Made by a program: the position numbers and the translations under genes
Assembly (NCBI GenBank): GCA_024693165.1
Contig: JAILLM010000046.1
Coordinates: 1-29,470, forward strand
Reading direction: 5' to 3'
Length of the DNA stretch: 29,470 nt
Origin: Bacilli bacterium
GTDB taxonomy: Bacteria > Bacillota_I > Bacilli_A > RF39 > UBA660
The notes under the pieces: generated by a model
Database searches by the model: none
The model's input: the letters and a program-made list of their open reading frames with translations, nothing else
What the model was told of the DNA's origin: nothing
Shown here: in pieces, positions 17,166 through 24,583 of the stretch
Layout of the letters: every line of letters begins with the position of its first letter
How positions within the stretch are numbered: position 1 is the stretch's first letter

Positions 17166-17734
17166 TATTTAACCCTCTTTCTAATTTTTATACCCTTTTT
17201 AGCTAAGCATTTTCTACACAAAGATGTATAATTACCATCACCAACTAAAACATCACTGTCTTTAACACCTTCATAATATGTATAAATAGATGGTTTATTA
17301 CATTCGACACAAAAACCTTTAATTACTTCAACATTTTCTGATACTGCCATAATATTAGGCATTAGTCCAAATGGTTTTTGTTCACTAGTCATATTTAAAC
17401 CGCCAATATAAAAATCAATATCATAATTAACACTTAAATCTGTTAAAACATCAACACTACCCTTTAAAAACTGTGCTTCATCAATAAAAATAGTACTTAC
17501 ATGCTTACCATTTTTTTCTCTATCTTCAATATAATCATAAATTTCTTCTAAGTATTCAATATAATAAGCAGGAATAGTTAAATCACTATTTTTTGATTTA
17601 ATATAATTTTCATCTCTAGTATCATTTTTAGGTTTAAAAGCCATAACAATATCTTTATTCCAAATCTTACTATATATGTTTATTAACGAGTCACTTTTGC
17701 CAGAAAACATAGGACCCACATATGTATTTATCAT
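17165..17734 (-). CDS. tdk: Thymidine kinase
   Basis: 'GPMFSGKS', 'FKPKNDTR', 'IFIDEAQF', Zn-binding CVEC and CRKC; TAATG overlap with tmk. Confidence 0.92.
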   Translation of the reverse strand: MINTYVGPMFSGKSDSLINIYSKIWNKDIVMAFKPKNDTRDENYIKSKNSDLTIPAYYIEYLEEIYDYIEDREKNGKHVSTIFIDEAQFLKGSVDVLTDLSVNYDIDFYIGGLNMTSEQKPFGLMPNIMAVSENVEVIKGFCVECNKPSIYTYYEGVKDSDVLVGDGNYTSLCRKCLAKKGIKIRKRVK

Positions 17735-17785
17735 CTATTACCACCCTAAAAATAATTATATCAAAAAAGTTTAAATTTAAAAGAA

Positions 17786-17811
17786 AAAAGATACTTTGCT
17801 AAGTATCTTTT
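17786..17811 (-). terminator. Intrinsic terminator
   Basis: AAAAGATACT-ttgcta-AGTATCTTTT hairpin at the 17810 stop, with a minus-strand T-tract. Confidence 0.75.
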
Positions 17812-18418
17812 ATGCGATTAAAATTTTAGTAGTTTTATCAAAGCATTTAATTCCAACTTGGTTGTTAGATTCGTATGCTTCGATAGCTTCAGTACCTTTG
17901 AAAGTTTCTGGTTCATTTGCAATATCAGTTAAATCAAATGAAATAAGTATTCCTTCATCAGTTAAACCAATTAAATAATTCTTATTTGTTGTTTTAACAT
18001 CAAATACATCTACAAATTCAGCACCAGTATATTTAATTCCTTTTAAGTTAGATCCAGGGATTTCTACTGTATTCTTAGTATCATCTGTTGATACAAAGTA
18101 TAAAGCATTATCTTCTCCTAGAACTGCTTGTAAATAATTAATAACTTGTCCGCCTTCAGCTTGTGCTTTTAATGGAATAGTTTTAGAACCAACTTTAGTT
18201 TTAGTTTCTTCTAAATAATCTTGATAAGTTCCTTTTTCTGTTGTTACAAGTCCTGGAGTCTTATCTAATGGTTGTACATCTGGAGTTTTACCTTGAATCC
18301 ATAATACTATTCCACCAGCGATTACAGCAAGTACGATAATTACAATTAAGATAATAATAATTGAATCTACTTGTTCACTCTTACTCTTTTTTGATACTTT
18401 CTTTTTAGTTTCTGCCAT
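17810..18418 (-). CDS. Hypothetical single-pass membrane protein
   Basis: Basic N-terminus, strong TM helix, ~160 aa external domain; RBS AGGAGGT. Confidence 0.75.
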   Translation of the reverse strand: MAETKKKVSKKSKSEQVDSIIIILIVIIVLAVIAGGIVLWIQGKTPDVQPLDKTPGLVTTEKGTYQDYLEETKTKVGSKTIPLKAQAEGGQVINYLQAVLGEDNALYFVSTDDTKNTVEIPGSNLKGIKYTGAEFVDVFDVKTTNKNYLIGLTDEGILISFDLTDIANEPETFKGTEAIEAYESNNQVGIKCFDKTTKILIA

Positions 18419-18463
18419 ATAAACAACCTCCTACATTAATAAAAGTATAACACCTAAGCAAAT

Positions 18464-18492
18464 AAAAAAAAACACTTATAAAAGTGTTTTTT
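18464..18492 (-). terminator. Terminator of infC-rpmI-rplT
   Basis: AAAAAACACTT-ataa-AAGTGTTTTTT hairpin with a long T-tract on the minus strand. Confidence 0.8.
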
Positions 18493-18506
18493 AATTAAAT
18501 CTTAAA

Positions 18507-19052
18507 TTATTTGCTTAATGCTTCAACTAATTCAGCTTTTTTCATGTTAGCTGCATCTTTAATTCCGTTAGCTTCAGCCATTTCTCTTAATTCAGCAACT
18601 TTTAATGAGTTTAAATCAGTAGCTTCTACTTCAGCTTCTGGAGCAGCAGCTTTAACTTCTTTATTAGCTTTAGCTACTTCAGTTTTAGCAACTTTACCAG
18701 CTAATGCATCTTTAGCAATATTTACATATGAAGTAAATAATTTAGCATTATCGATAGCTACTTCAGAAAGCATCTTTCTATTGATAATAACACCAGCTTT
18801 AGTTAAACCATTGATAAATCTTGAGTAAGAAATATCGTTCATTCTACAAGCAGCATTAATTCTTGTAATCCATAATTTTCTGAAGTTTCTCTTATTCATC
18901 TTTCTGTCTCTATATGCATAATGTCCTGAATGCATTAATTGTTCTTGAGCAGTTTTGAATAATCTGTGTTTAGAACCAAAATAACCTTTAGCTCTTTTTA
19001 ATACTTTTCTACGTCTATTCTTTGCAACGTTTCCGCCTTTAACTCTTGTCAT
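18507..19052 (-). CDS. rplT: 50S ribosomal protein L20 with C-terminal Rho_N-like (HeH) extension
   Basis: L20 core 'MTRVKGG...AKGYFG...YAYRDRK...[12 protein letters not shown]...SYSRFINGL...[10 protein letters not shown]' plus 63 extra aa. Confidence 0.96.
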   Translation of the reverse strand: MTRVKGGNVAKNRRRKVLKRAKGYFGSKHRLFKTAQEQLMHSGHYAYRDRKMNKRNFRKLWITRINAACRMNDISYSRFINGLTKAGVIINRKMLSEVAIDNAKLFTSYVNIAKDALAGKVAKTEVAKANKEVKAAAPEAEVEATDLNSLKVAELREMAEANGIKDAANMKKAELVEALSK

Positions 19053-19071
19053 TTATTTCACCCTTAATAGA

Positions 19072-19266
19072 TTAGATAACTTTCTTAAGTCTCTTTGCTA
19101 TTCCTTTCGCTAATTGTCCTTTATTTCTTCTTTGTCTTACTTGTTTAGAAGAATCTTTTGCAGTTTTATGAGTACTACCACTCTTCATGTAAGTTAATTT
19201 TCCACTTTTGTGTTTCTTTAAAACTTTTTTAGTTGCACTATGAGTTTTTTGTTTAATTTTTGCCAT
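19072..19266 (-). CDS. rpmI: 50S ribosomal protein L35
   Basis: 'MAKIKQKTHSATKKVLKKHKSGKL', 64 aa basic protein between infC and rplT. Confidence 0.9.
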   Translation of the reverse strand: MAKIKQKTHSATKKVLKKHKSGKLTYMKSGSTHKTAKDSSKQVRQRRNKGQLAKGIAKRLKKVI

Positions 19267-19284
19267 ATTCTTTATCCTCCTTAA

Positions 19285-19824
19285 TTAATTACTTTTAGGT
19301 GCAAGTAACATAGTCATATTTCTACCATCTAATTTTGGTTTACTTTCAACTGTTGATACTTCACTTAGTGTTTCAGCAAATCTATTTAATACATCTTCAC
19401 CAATTTCAGTATGAGCCATTTCTCTACCTCTAAAACGAATAGATACTTTTATCTTATGTCCTTTTTCTAAGTAATCACGAGCATTCTTAGCTTTAGTATT
19501 AAAGTCTCCGATATCAATCTTCGCTGATAATCTATATTCCTTTAATTCTTTAATAGCAGCATTTTGTTTTTTTAATGCTTCTTTTTGCTTTTTGTTCTTT
19601 TCATACTTAAATCTGTTGTAGTCCATAATTTTAGCTACTGGTCTTTCATTACCTGGGTTCATTAGAACTAAATCTAAACCTGCAGCATTTGCAATTTGCT
19701 TTGCAAAGTCTAATGGTTTTGTACCCATTTGTTCTCCGTTAGGACCAATAAGCATTACTTCTCCTACTCTGATTTGATCATTAATTGGTAAATCATTATC
19801 TTTTTTATTATTGAAATTTGCTAT
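19285..19824 (-). CDS. infC: Translation initiation factor IF-3 (probable ATA start)
   Basis: 'INDQIR..EV.LIGPNGEQMG', 'VAKIMDYNRFKYE', 'KVSIRFRGREMAH'. SD GGAGGTG is followed 6 nt later by in-frame ATA at 19824; the track's GTG lies inside the SD. Confidence 0.95.
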   Translation of the reverse strand: MANFNNKKDNDLPINDQIRVGEVMLIGPNGEQMGTKPLDFAKQIANAAGLDLVLMNPGNERPVAKIMDYNRFKYEKNKKQKEALKKQNAAIKELKEYRLSAKIDIGDFNTKAKNARDYLEKGHKIKVSIRFRGREMAHTEIGEDVLNRFAETLSEVSTVESKPKLDGRNMTMLLAPKSN

Positions 19825-19857
19825 GTTAAACACCTCCACTTTATTTTAACTTAACAT

Positions 19858-19990
19858 AATAAAAAGTGAATACAACGTATCCACTTTAATCCCATTATAA
19901 AAATTCGTAAAATATAATATTTTTCAAATTATTTAATTGGCATTGACCCAGCATTATTCACGGCTCGGGTGGATGTGGATACATCTCTTT
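19858..19990 (-). ncRNA. Ribosomal protein L20 leader (autoregulatory attenuator)
   Basis: 5' hairpin GATGT-ATCC-ACATC (19972-19985), second stem ACCC..AGC/GCTGGGT, terminator AAAGTGGATAC-GTT-GTATTCACTTT-TTATT (19858-19887). GTATCCAC (19975-19982) is complementary to GTGGATAC (19877-19884). Position matches the Firmicutes L20 leader. Confidence 0.8.
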
Positions 19991-20008
19991 CCTTTTTAGA
20001 ACAATTTG

Positions 20009-20036
20009 ATTATATCATGTTTTAACTGTTTGTCAA
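20009..20036 (-). promoter_or_regulatory. Sigma-A promoter of infC operon
   Basis: TTGACA (20036-20031), 16-bp spacer, extended -10 TG-A-TATAAT (20014-20009). Confidence 0.85.
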
Positions 20037-20046
20037 CCAAAATTGG

Positions 20047-20247
20047 TTATTTTCTTATAACTTTTACTAATCCTGCTTCAATTTCTTCTAAAGCTCTACC
20101 AATTTCTTTTTTACAAACATATTCATTTTGTTTCTTTTGTAAATATCCGTTTTCAATGATTTGTTTACTTCTTTGAGAAACAGCATGAATTAAGATATAT
20201 TTTGAATCAATAGTATTTAGTATTTTATCAACAGATGGATAAATCAT
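20047..20247 (-). CDS. rpoZ: RNA polymerase omega subunit
   Basis: 'MIYPSVDKILNTIDSKYILIHAVSQRSKQI...IGRALEEI' is Firmicutes RpoZ; RBS GGGAGTG before ATG 20247. Confidence 0.85.
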   Translation of the reverse strand: MIYPSVDKILNTIDSKYILIHAVSQRSKQIIENGYLQKKQNEYVCKKEIGRALEEIEAGLVKVIRK

Positions 20248-20310
20248 TTTAATCACTCCCTACAATAATAATATACTATAATACATTTTCTATAAAAAGT
20301 TTTTTTACAA

Positions 20311-20757
20311 TCATTTTACACGTCTTTTTTTAACTTGTTTTTTTACTGTTTTTTTAGTCTCTTTATTCTCTTTAAAAGTCTTAACAAACATAAGAACTAT
20401 TCCTAGTATTATAAACGCTATTCCTATACCAAAGAAGAATAAAATTATCTTTGCTTGTTCATAGATAAATGATTTATTTGGATTATCTATCTTGTAATAT
20501 ACAGTAGTACGATCTCCAATATTAAGTCCTGAATCTATAAAATGAATTTTACTTTTAAATGTAGCATCATCAGTTGAATAACTGATAGTTGTAATTCCTT
20601 TATCTAAATCTATTTCTTCAACCGTTCCATAAACTGGTTCACTCTTTAAATAGATTTCATAATATGCATAGCCATATATACCAAAAGATAAAGTAAACAT
20701 AAATCCAATTATTAAAGATGCTACGATTGCATATCTTAATGTTAAATTTTGAATCAT
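20311..20757 (-). CDS. Membrane protein, DUF3592-like
   Basis: TM - beta-rich domain ('VYGTVEEI...ISYST...NIGDRTTVYYKIDNP') - TM - basic tail. Confidence 0.6.
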   Translation of the reverse strand: MIQNLTLRYAIVASLIIGFMFTLSFGIYGYAYYEIYLKSEPVYGTVEEIDLDKGITTISYSTDDATFKSKIHFIDSGLNIGDRTTVYYKIDNPNKSFIYEQAKIILFFFGIGIAFIILGIVLMFVKTFKENKETKKTVKKQVKKRRVK

Positions 20758-21087
20758 TTAAATCACTTCTATTTCTATAGCTACAACTCCATATTTAACA
20801 GTATCTTCAAATGAATAATACTTTCTCATATCTGATGGAGATGCAACATCTGCTTCTTCATAACCAATAGATATTTTATCATGATGTTTATATAATTCTT
20901 CAAAATTTTTATAAATATATAGATTTTTAACTCTTACATCTAGTTTTTCATTAGTCTTTCTATTATCAAAAGTAATAATATCTCCGACTTTTAATTCTCT
21001 ACGTTTTTCATCATTAAGTCTTACTTCGATTGTTTTAGTTCCTGCTTTAATTTTTTCAAAATAATAATTATCTAAGTGCATTCTCAT
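20758..21087 (-). CDS. ASCH domain-containing protein
   Basis: 'YFEKIKAGTKTIEVRLNDEKRRELKVGDIITF' ASCH/PUA signature, 'YGVVAIEI'. Confidence 0.88.
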   Translation of the reverse strand: MRMHLDNYYFEKIKAGTKTIEVRLNDEKRRELKVGDIITFDNRKTNEKLDVRVKNLYIYKNFEELYKHHDKISIGYEEADVASPSDMRKYYSFEDTVKYGVVAIEIEVI

Positions 21088-21092
21088 AATTT

Positions 21093-21674
21093 CTATTCTC
21101 CTATTATATTAATAATTTCATTAGTTATTTCTTCAACTGATTTAGAGTCAGTATCTATTTCAATTAATTTATTACCTTTTCTAATATTACCTTTTAAATC
21201 CCACATGTCACGACTTGCGATTTCTTCTTTTGTTGAGTGCATTCTTTCTAGTCTTTTATCTTCAGATGCAGTTAAATAAAAGGAAAAGTCTGCATTTGGA
21301 AATCTTACATTAACATCTCTACCATCTATGATAGTTCTATCAGTAATCATATTCTTTTCAATTGAATCTACGATATTTTGTATTTCTTTAATATTTGCTA
21401 TCTTAGCAGATAAGACATTATTTTCTGGAGTTTTTAGATAACTTGTAATATCTTCATCATTTAAATAAACTGTTTTTCCGACCCTTTTTATCTTTAGATT
21501 TTTAAGTACTTCATAATCTATATTATCTAAATCAATATTATTAACAGTTAAGAAATGTGCGATTGATCTAAAATAATCTCCTGATGAAATACTTGTACAA
21601 TTTAATTTATCTGCCAACATGCTAGCAACTGAACTTTTACCAGTTCCGCTTAAACCATCTAAAGTTATTAACAT
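21093..21674 (-). CDS. cmk: Cytidylate kinase (CMP/dCMP kinase)
   Basis: 'ITLDGLSGTGKSSVA', 'SSGDYFRS', 'IIDGRD', 'FYLTASEDKRLER', 'RDMWD', 'IDTD'. Confidence 0.85.
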   Translation of the reverse strand: MLITLDGLSGTGKSSVASMLADKLNCTSISSGDYFRSIAHFLTVNNIDLDNIDYEVLKNLKIKRVGKTVYLNDEDITSYLKTPENNVLSAKIANIKEIQNIVDSIEKNMITDRTIIDGRDVNVRFPNADFSFYLTASEDKRLERMHSTKEEIASRDMWDLKGNIRKGNKLIEIDTDSKSVEEITNEIINIIGE

Positions 21675-21711
21675 AAACACCATCCTTTAGATGATTATAA
21701 CACTAAATAAA

Positions 21712-21735
21712 AAAAGTTAACAATTGTTAACTTTT
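21712..21735. terminator. Perfect 24-bp palindrome; probable terminator downstream of sortase gene, overlapping the cmk promoter
   Basis: AAAAGTTAACAATTGTTAACTTTT with a minus-strand T-tract; extended -10 TGTTATAAT at 21694-21702. Confidence 0.6.
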
Positions 21736-21804
21736 AAATACTTGCAATAACTAAAATTATAAATAGATAAAGAAGGTATATTAGATTCCATTTCTTCAAA
21801 TTCA

Positions 21805-22518
21805 TTATGATACCAACTTTCCTACTATTACTAAGAATTTATGCTTATATTTATAATACTCTTTTAAAGTAGAACATGTTTGAAGAATAATAATTTCATC
21901 ATCTTCACTTATTTCTACCCCAGTATCATAAAATGATTTATTTTTAAGTTTAGTTATATGTTTATACCATTCAGTGTTGTTTTTGAAATCTAAATTGTAA
22001 TAATCAAAATCTTTATATTCAACATATACTGAGAATATTTCATATTTCTTAGTTTCATCCTTAAGTGTTAAATTTAAATATTTATGTTCTTTATAATAGT
22101 CTTCATCATAGTAGTTTTCTAAGATCTTAAAAGGCATTTCTTTATATTTAGAATTATGACCAAAGATAAGAGTCTTCTTAGTATTATTAAGATCAATTCT
22201 ATAATCAACAAATGGAGTACCTAATCCATCATTCTTTTTATATGCATTTCTATATAAATAATATTTATTATCACTTGATTGCATTACTAAAGAATTATAG
22301 TCTGTGTTATCTATAGATAAAACTGCCTTAATGTCTTCATTATCATATTCTTTTTGTAAATCTTCTACTACATTAGTTGTTGGTTCATCTACATTAGCTA
22401 TTATATTTTCATGAATATAATAAGTTTTATGAGATGGTGTCCATAGACTAGTTACAATATAAATATTTAGAAAAAGCACAACAAGTACAAATAAACTTGT
22501 ATAAACTATCTTTTTCAT
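21805..22518 (-). CDS. srtB: Class B sortase
   Basis: N-terminal anchor; 'DNKYYLYRN', 'GTPFVDYR', 'LIFGHN', 'YEIFSVY', 'IILQTCS'. Confidence 0.85.
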   Translation of the reverse strand: MKKIVYTSLFVLVVLFLNIYIVTSLWTPSHKTYYIHENIIANVDEPTTNVVEDLQKEYDNEDIKAVLSIDNTDYNSLVMQSSDNKYYLYRNAYKKNDGLGTPFVDYRIDLNNTKKTLIFGHNSKYKEMPFKILENYYDEDYYKEHKYLNLTLKDETKKYEIFSVYVEYKDFDYYNLDFKNNTEWYKHITKLKNKSFYDTGVEISEDDEIIILQTCSTLKEYYKYKHKFLVIVGKLVS

Positions 22519-22544
22519 AACTTTCCCTCACTTAATTGAGAGTT

Positions 22545-22573
22545 ATTCTAGTACTTTTGAGATTTTATGTCAA
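22545..22573 (-). promoter_or_regulatory. Sigma-A promoter of sortase gene
   Basis: TTGACA (22573-22568), 17-bp spacer, TAGAAT (22550-22545). Confidence 0.7.
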
Positions 22574-22586
22574 ATTAAAAGAGACA

Positions 22587-23231
22587 TTAGTCTCTTCTTT
22601 TTCCAAATAATTCAAGTAATCTAATAAATATATTTATAAAGTCTAAGTATAATTGGAAAGCACAATAAATTGCTGCCTTTTCTTCTCCGACTTCTCTTGA
22701 AAGTGGTTCAACTACTTTTAAGTCATAAATGATGTATCCTAGGAATATTACAATAGCAATACAAGATACTAATATACTTAAATTATCTGAATGAATAAAT
22801 AACATATTAATAATTGGAACTAAGATAACTCCAATAAGAGCAACAAATAGAATTGTTCCAAGTTTTGTAATATCTACATCTAAGAATTTTCCTAAGAATG
22901 CAATTAAACCAAATACAAATGCAGTTACAAAGAATATCATTATTACACTACTTAATTCAAATACATAAAGTAAGAATGCAATATCAATACCAGTTATTAA
23001 AGAATATCCTAAGAATAATCCAACTGCTCCTCCATAACTTAACTTTCTAATAAATGCACTTAATGCAATACAAATTCCAAATTGAACAATAATTGGTAAG
23101 TATAATCCTAATGGATTACTGATTAGTGCCATCATAGCACTTTTACTTGATGCGATAGCGATACCTGCAATAAATGTTACAAGTAAACCAATTGCTAACC
23201 ATCTAAATGTGTCAGAATATAACTTTTTCAT
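22587..23231 (-). CDS. Bax inhibitor-1/YccA family membrane protein
   Basis: Seven hydrophobic segments; 'FLGYSLITG', C-terminal 'AFQLYLDFINIFIRLLELFG' signature. Confidence 0.92.
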   Translation of the reverse strand: MKKLYSDTFRWLAIGLLVTFIAGIAIASSKSAMMALISNPLGLYLPIIVQFGICIALSAFIRKLSYGGAVGLFLGYSLITGIDIAFLLYVFELSSVIMIFFVTAFVFGLIAFLGKFLDVDITKLGTILFVALIGVILVPIINMLFIHSDNLSILVSCIAIVIFLGYIIYDLKVVEPLSREVGEEKAAIYCAFQLYLDFINIFIRLLELFGKRRD

Positions 23232-23233
23232 TT

Positions 23234-23563
23234 TTACCTCTTCTTCTTTAATTTTCTTACTAGATTATCATTCTTGATTATTCTTCTTACAAAGCTAGTA
23301 GAATCTTCAGAAGGAAGAAATGGATCTCTTTTAATATAAGTACTTAAATAATCATTTTCGTAAGAAATTCCATCATAATGTGATTCATATGTATTTTCAA
23401 CTACATAATCTTCACTTGCCTCTTCACTTTTAAAACTATTTCTATAATCAATATAATCAGCACCAAGAATTAATGCTCCAGCTAGGATTAATAAACCTAA
23501 ATCCTTGTTTTTTCTTAATCTTCCATATTTCTTTGATGAGAATACTTTTGATTCATCTTTCAT
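23234..23563 (-). CDS. Hypothetical small membrane protein
   Basis: RBS GGGAGGG, one hydrophobic segment, 2 bp from the next gene. Confidence 0.55.
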   Translation of the reverse strand: MKDESKVFSSKKYGRLRKNKDLGLLILAGALILGADYIDYRNSFKSEEASEDYVVENTYESHYDGISYENDYLSTYIKRDPFLPSEDSTSFVRRIIKNDNLVRKLKKKR

Positions 23564-23616
23564 ACCAAAACCCTCCCAAAGGTATTATAGCAAATAATTG
23601 ATAAAACTTTAAGATA

Positions 23617-24354
23617 TTAGAAGTTATTTATTATGTTGTTAACATATTCATATGCTTTTTCTGTACATTTACTTGGATTCTTATATATATAGTATAAAGT
23701 TTCTGCAAAAAATTCTTGTTCATCTCTTACACATGAAGAATTAACTATACCTGATTTAAAGATATTAACTTCTTCAGCATATATTTTCTTAAATTCTTTT
23801 GAGTCACTAGTAAAGTCTTTCATATAATCTACGAAATGTCCAAACTCATGAATAGTTGATTCCTTGATAGCAACATCTCTTGCTTCAATTAAAATTGTTT
23901 TATCACTATAAAGAGTTGCTCCTTGAACACTTTTATATTTTCCATTAAATACAGTTTTAGCTATATTTTCATCAGTTACATATATATGCCAACCAGAATT
24001 TTTAAATCTAGTTAATGCTTTTGATGGTAGTTTATTTAATTCAGTATTTAAAAGGTTTAAATAACGTTGATCTACATTACCCTTGATTTCTCCGATTCCA
24101 GTTACTTCAGTCTTTGTAACTAATGCTTTAGTTGTTGTAATAGTTGTAGTTGTTGTTTCAACAGTTGTAGTTACTTCTTCAGTTGTAGTTGTTGGTTCTT
24201 CAGGCATAGTTAAAACTGTTGTTACATCACTAGTATCAACATAAGCAAGCAATTCTTTAGTTTCGATATCTTTCTTATTCATTAAGGATAAACTAAATAC
24301 AAAAGTAAGTATAACAAATACTAAAATACTTATCCCCATGATTTTTCTTTTCAT
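23617..24354 (-). CDS. Membrane-anchored zinc metalloprotease, anthrax lethal factor (ATLF)/PPEP-1-like
   Basis: N-terminal TM, Thr-rich stalk, 'IHEFGHFVDY' (HExxH), 'EFKKIYAEE', third-ligand motif 'EQEFFAE'. Confidence 0.75.
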   Translation of the reverse strand: MKRKIMGISILVFVILTFVFSLSLMNKKDIETKELLAYVDTSDVTTVLTMPEEPTTTTEEVTTTVETTTTTITTTKALVTKTEVTGIGEIKGNVDQRYLNLLNTELNKLPSKALTRFKNSGWHIYVTDENIAKTVFNGKYKSVQGATLYSDKTILIEARDVAIKESTIHEFGHFVDYMKDFTSDSKEFKKIYAEEVNIFKSGIVNSSCVRDEQEFFAETLYYIYKNPSKCTEKAYEYVNNIINNF

Positions 24355-24459
24355 AACCAAATTCCCCTTTGATTGGTGCCTATTCTAGTTCTTTTTACAT
24401 TATTTGTCAAAATTTACAGTTTCATAATTAGTAGTAAACTTTATTTTTTAAAGAAATTG

Positions 24460-24468
24460 TGTTATAGT
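24460..24468 (+). promoter_or_regulatory. Extended -10 promoter for mgtE leader
   Basis: TG-T-TATAGT; no strong -35. Confidence 0.45.
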
Positions 24469-24502
24469 CTTACCGAAGAAACCGAAAGGAGTGATATATT
24501 TT

Positions 24503-24583
24503 ATGGAATTAGACCCGAATTATTTACAGAATTATCATTTAGAAAATATCACTTTTGGAGGTTTATATGGAAGAAAAAATTAG
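24503..24583 (+). CDS. Candidate 26-aa leader peptide overlapping the mgtE start (not in ORF track)
   Basis: SD AAGGAGTG (24486-24493) before ATG 24503; MELDPNYLQNYHLENITFGGLYGRKN*; different frame from mgtE. Confidence 0.5.
   Translation: MELDPNYLQNYHLENITFGGLYGRKN

Noticed and set aside
17796-18828. Plus-strand ORFs 17796-17978 and 18511-18828
   Set aside because: Antisense shadows of the 17810-18418 gene and rplT.
19862-19990. GC-richer structured stretch as tRNA or T-box
   Set aside because: No cloverleaf or T-box motif; position and pairing fit the L20 leader.
21076-21279. 67-aa plus-strand ORF
   Set aside because: Antisense to cmk.
20047-21674. rpoZ downstream of cmk-ASCH-DUF3592 instead of gmk
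   Set aside because: Ordinary gene-order shuffling; no evidence of a functional link.
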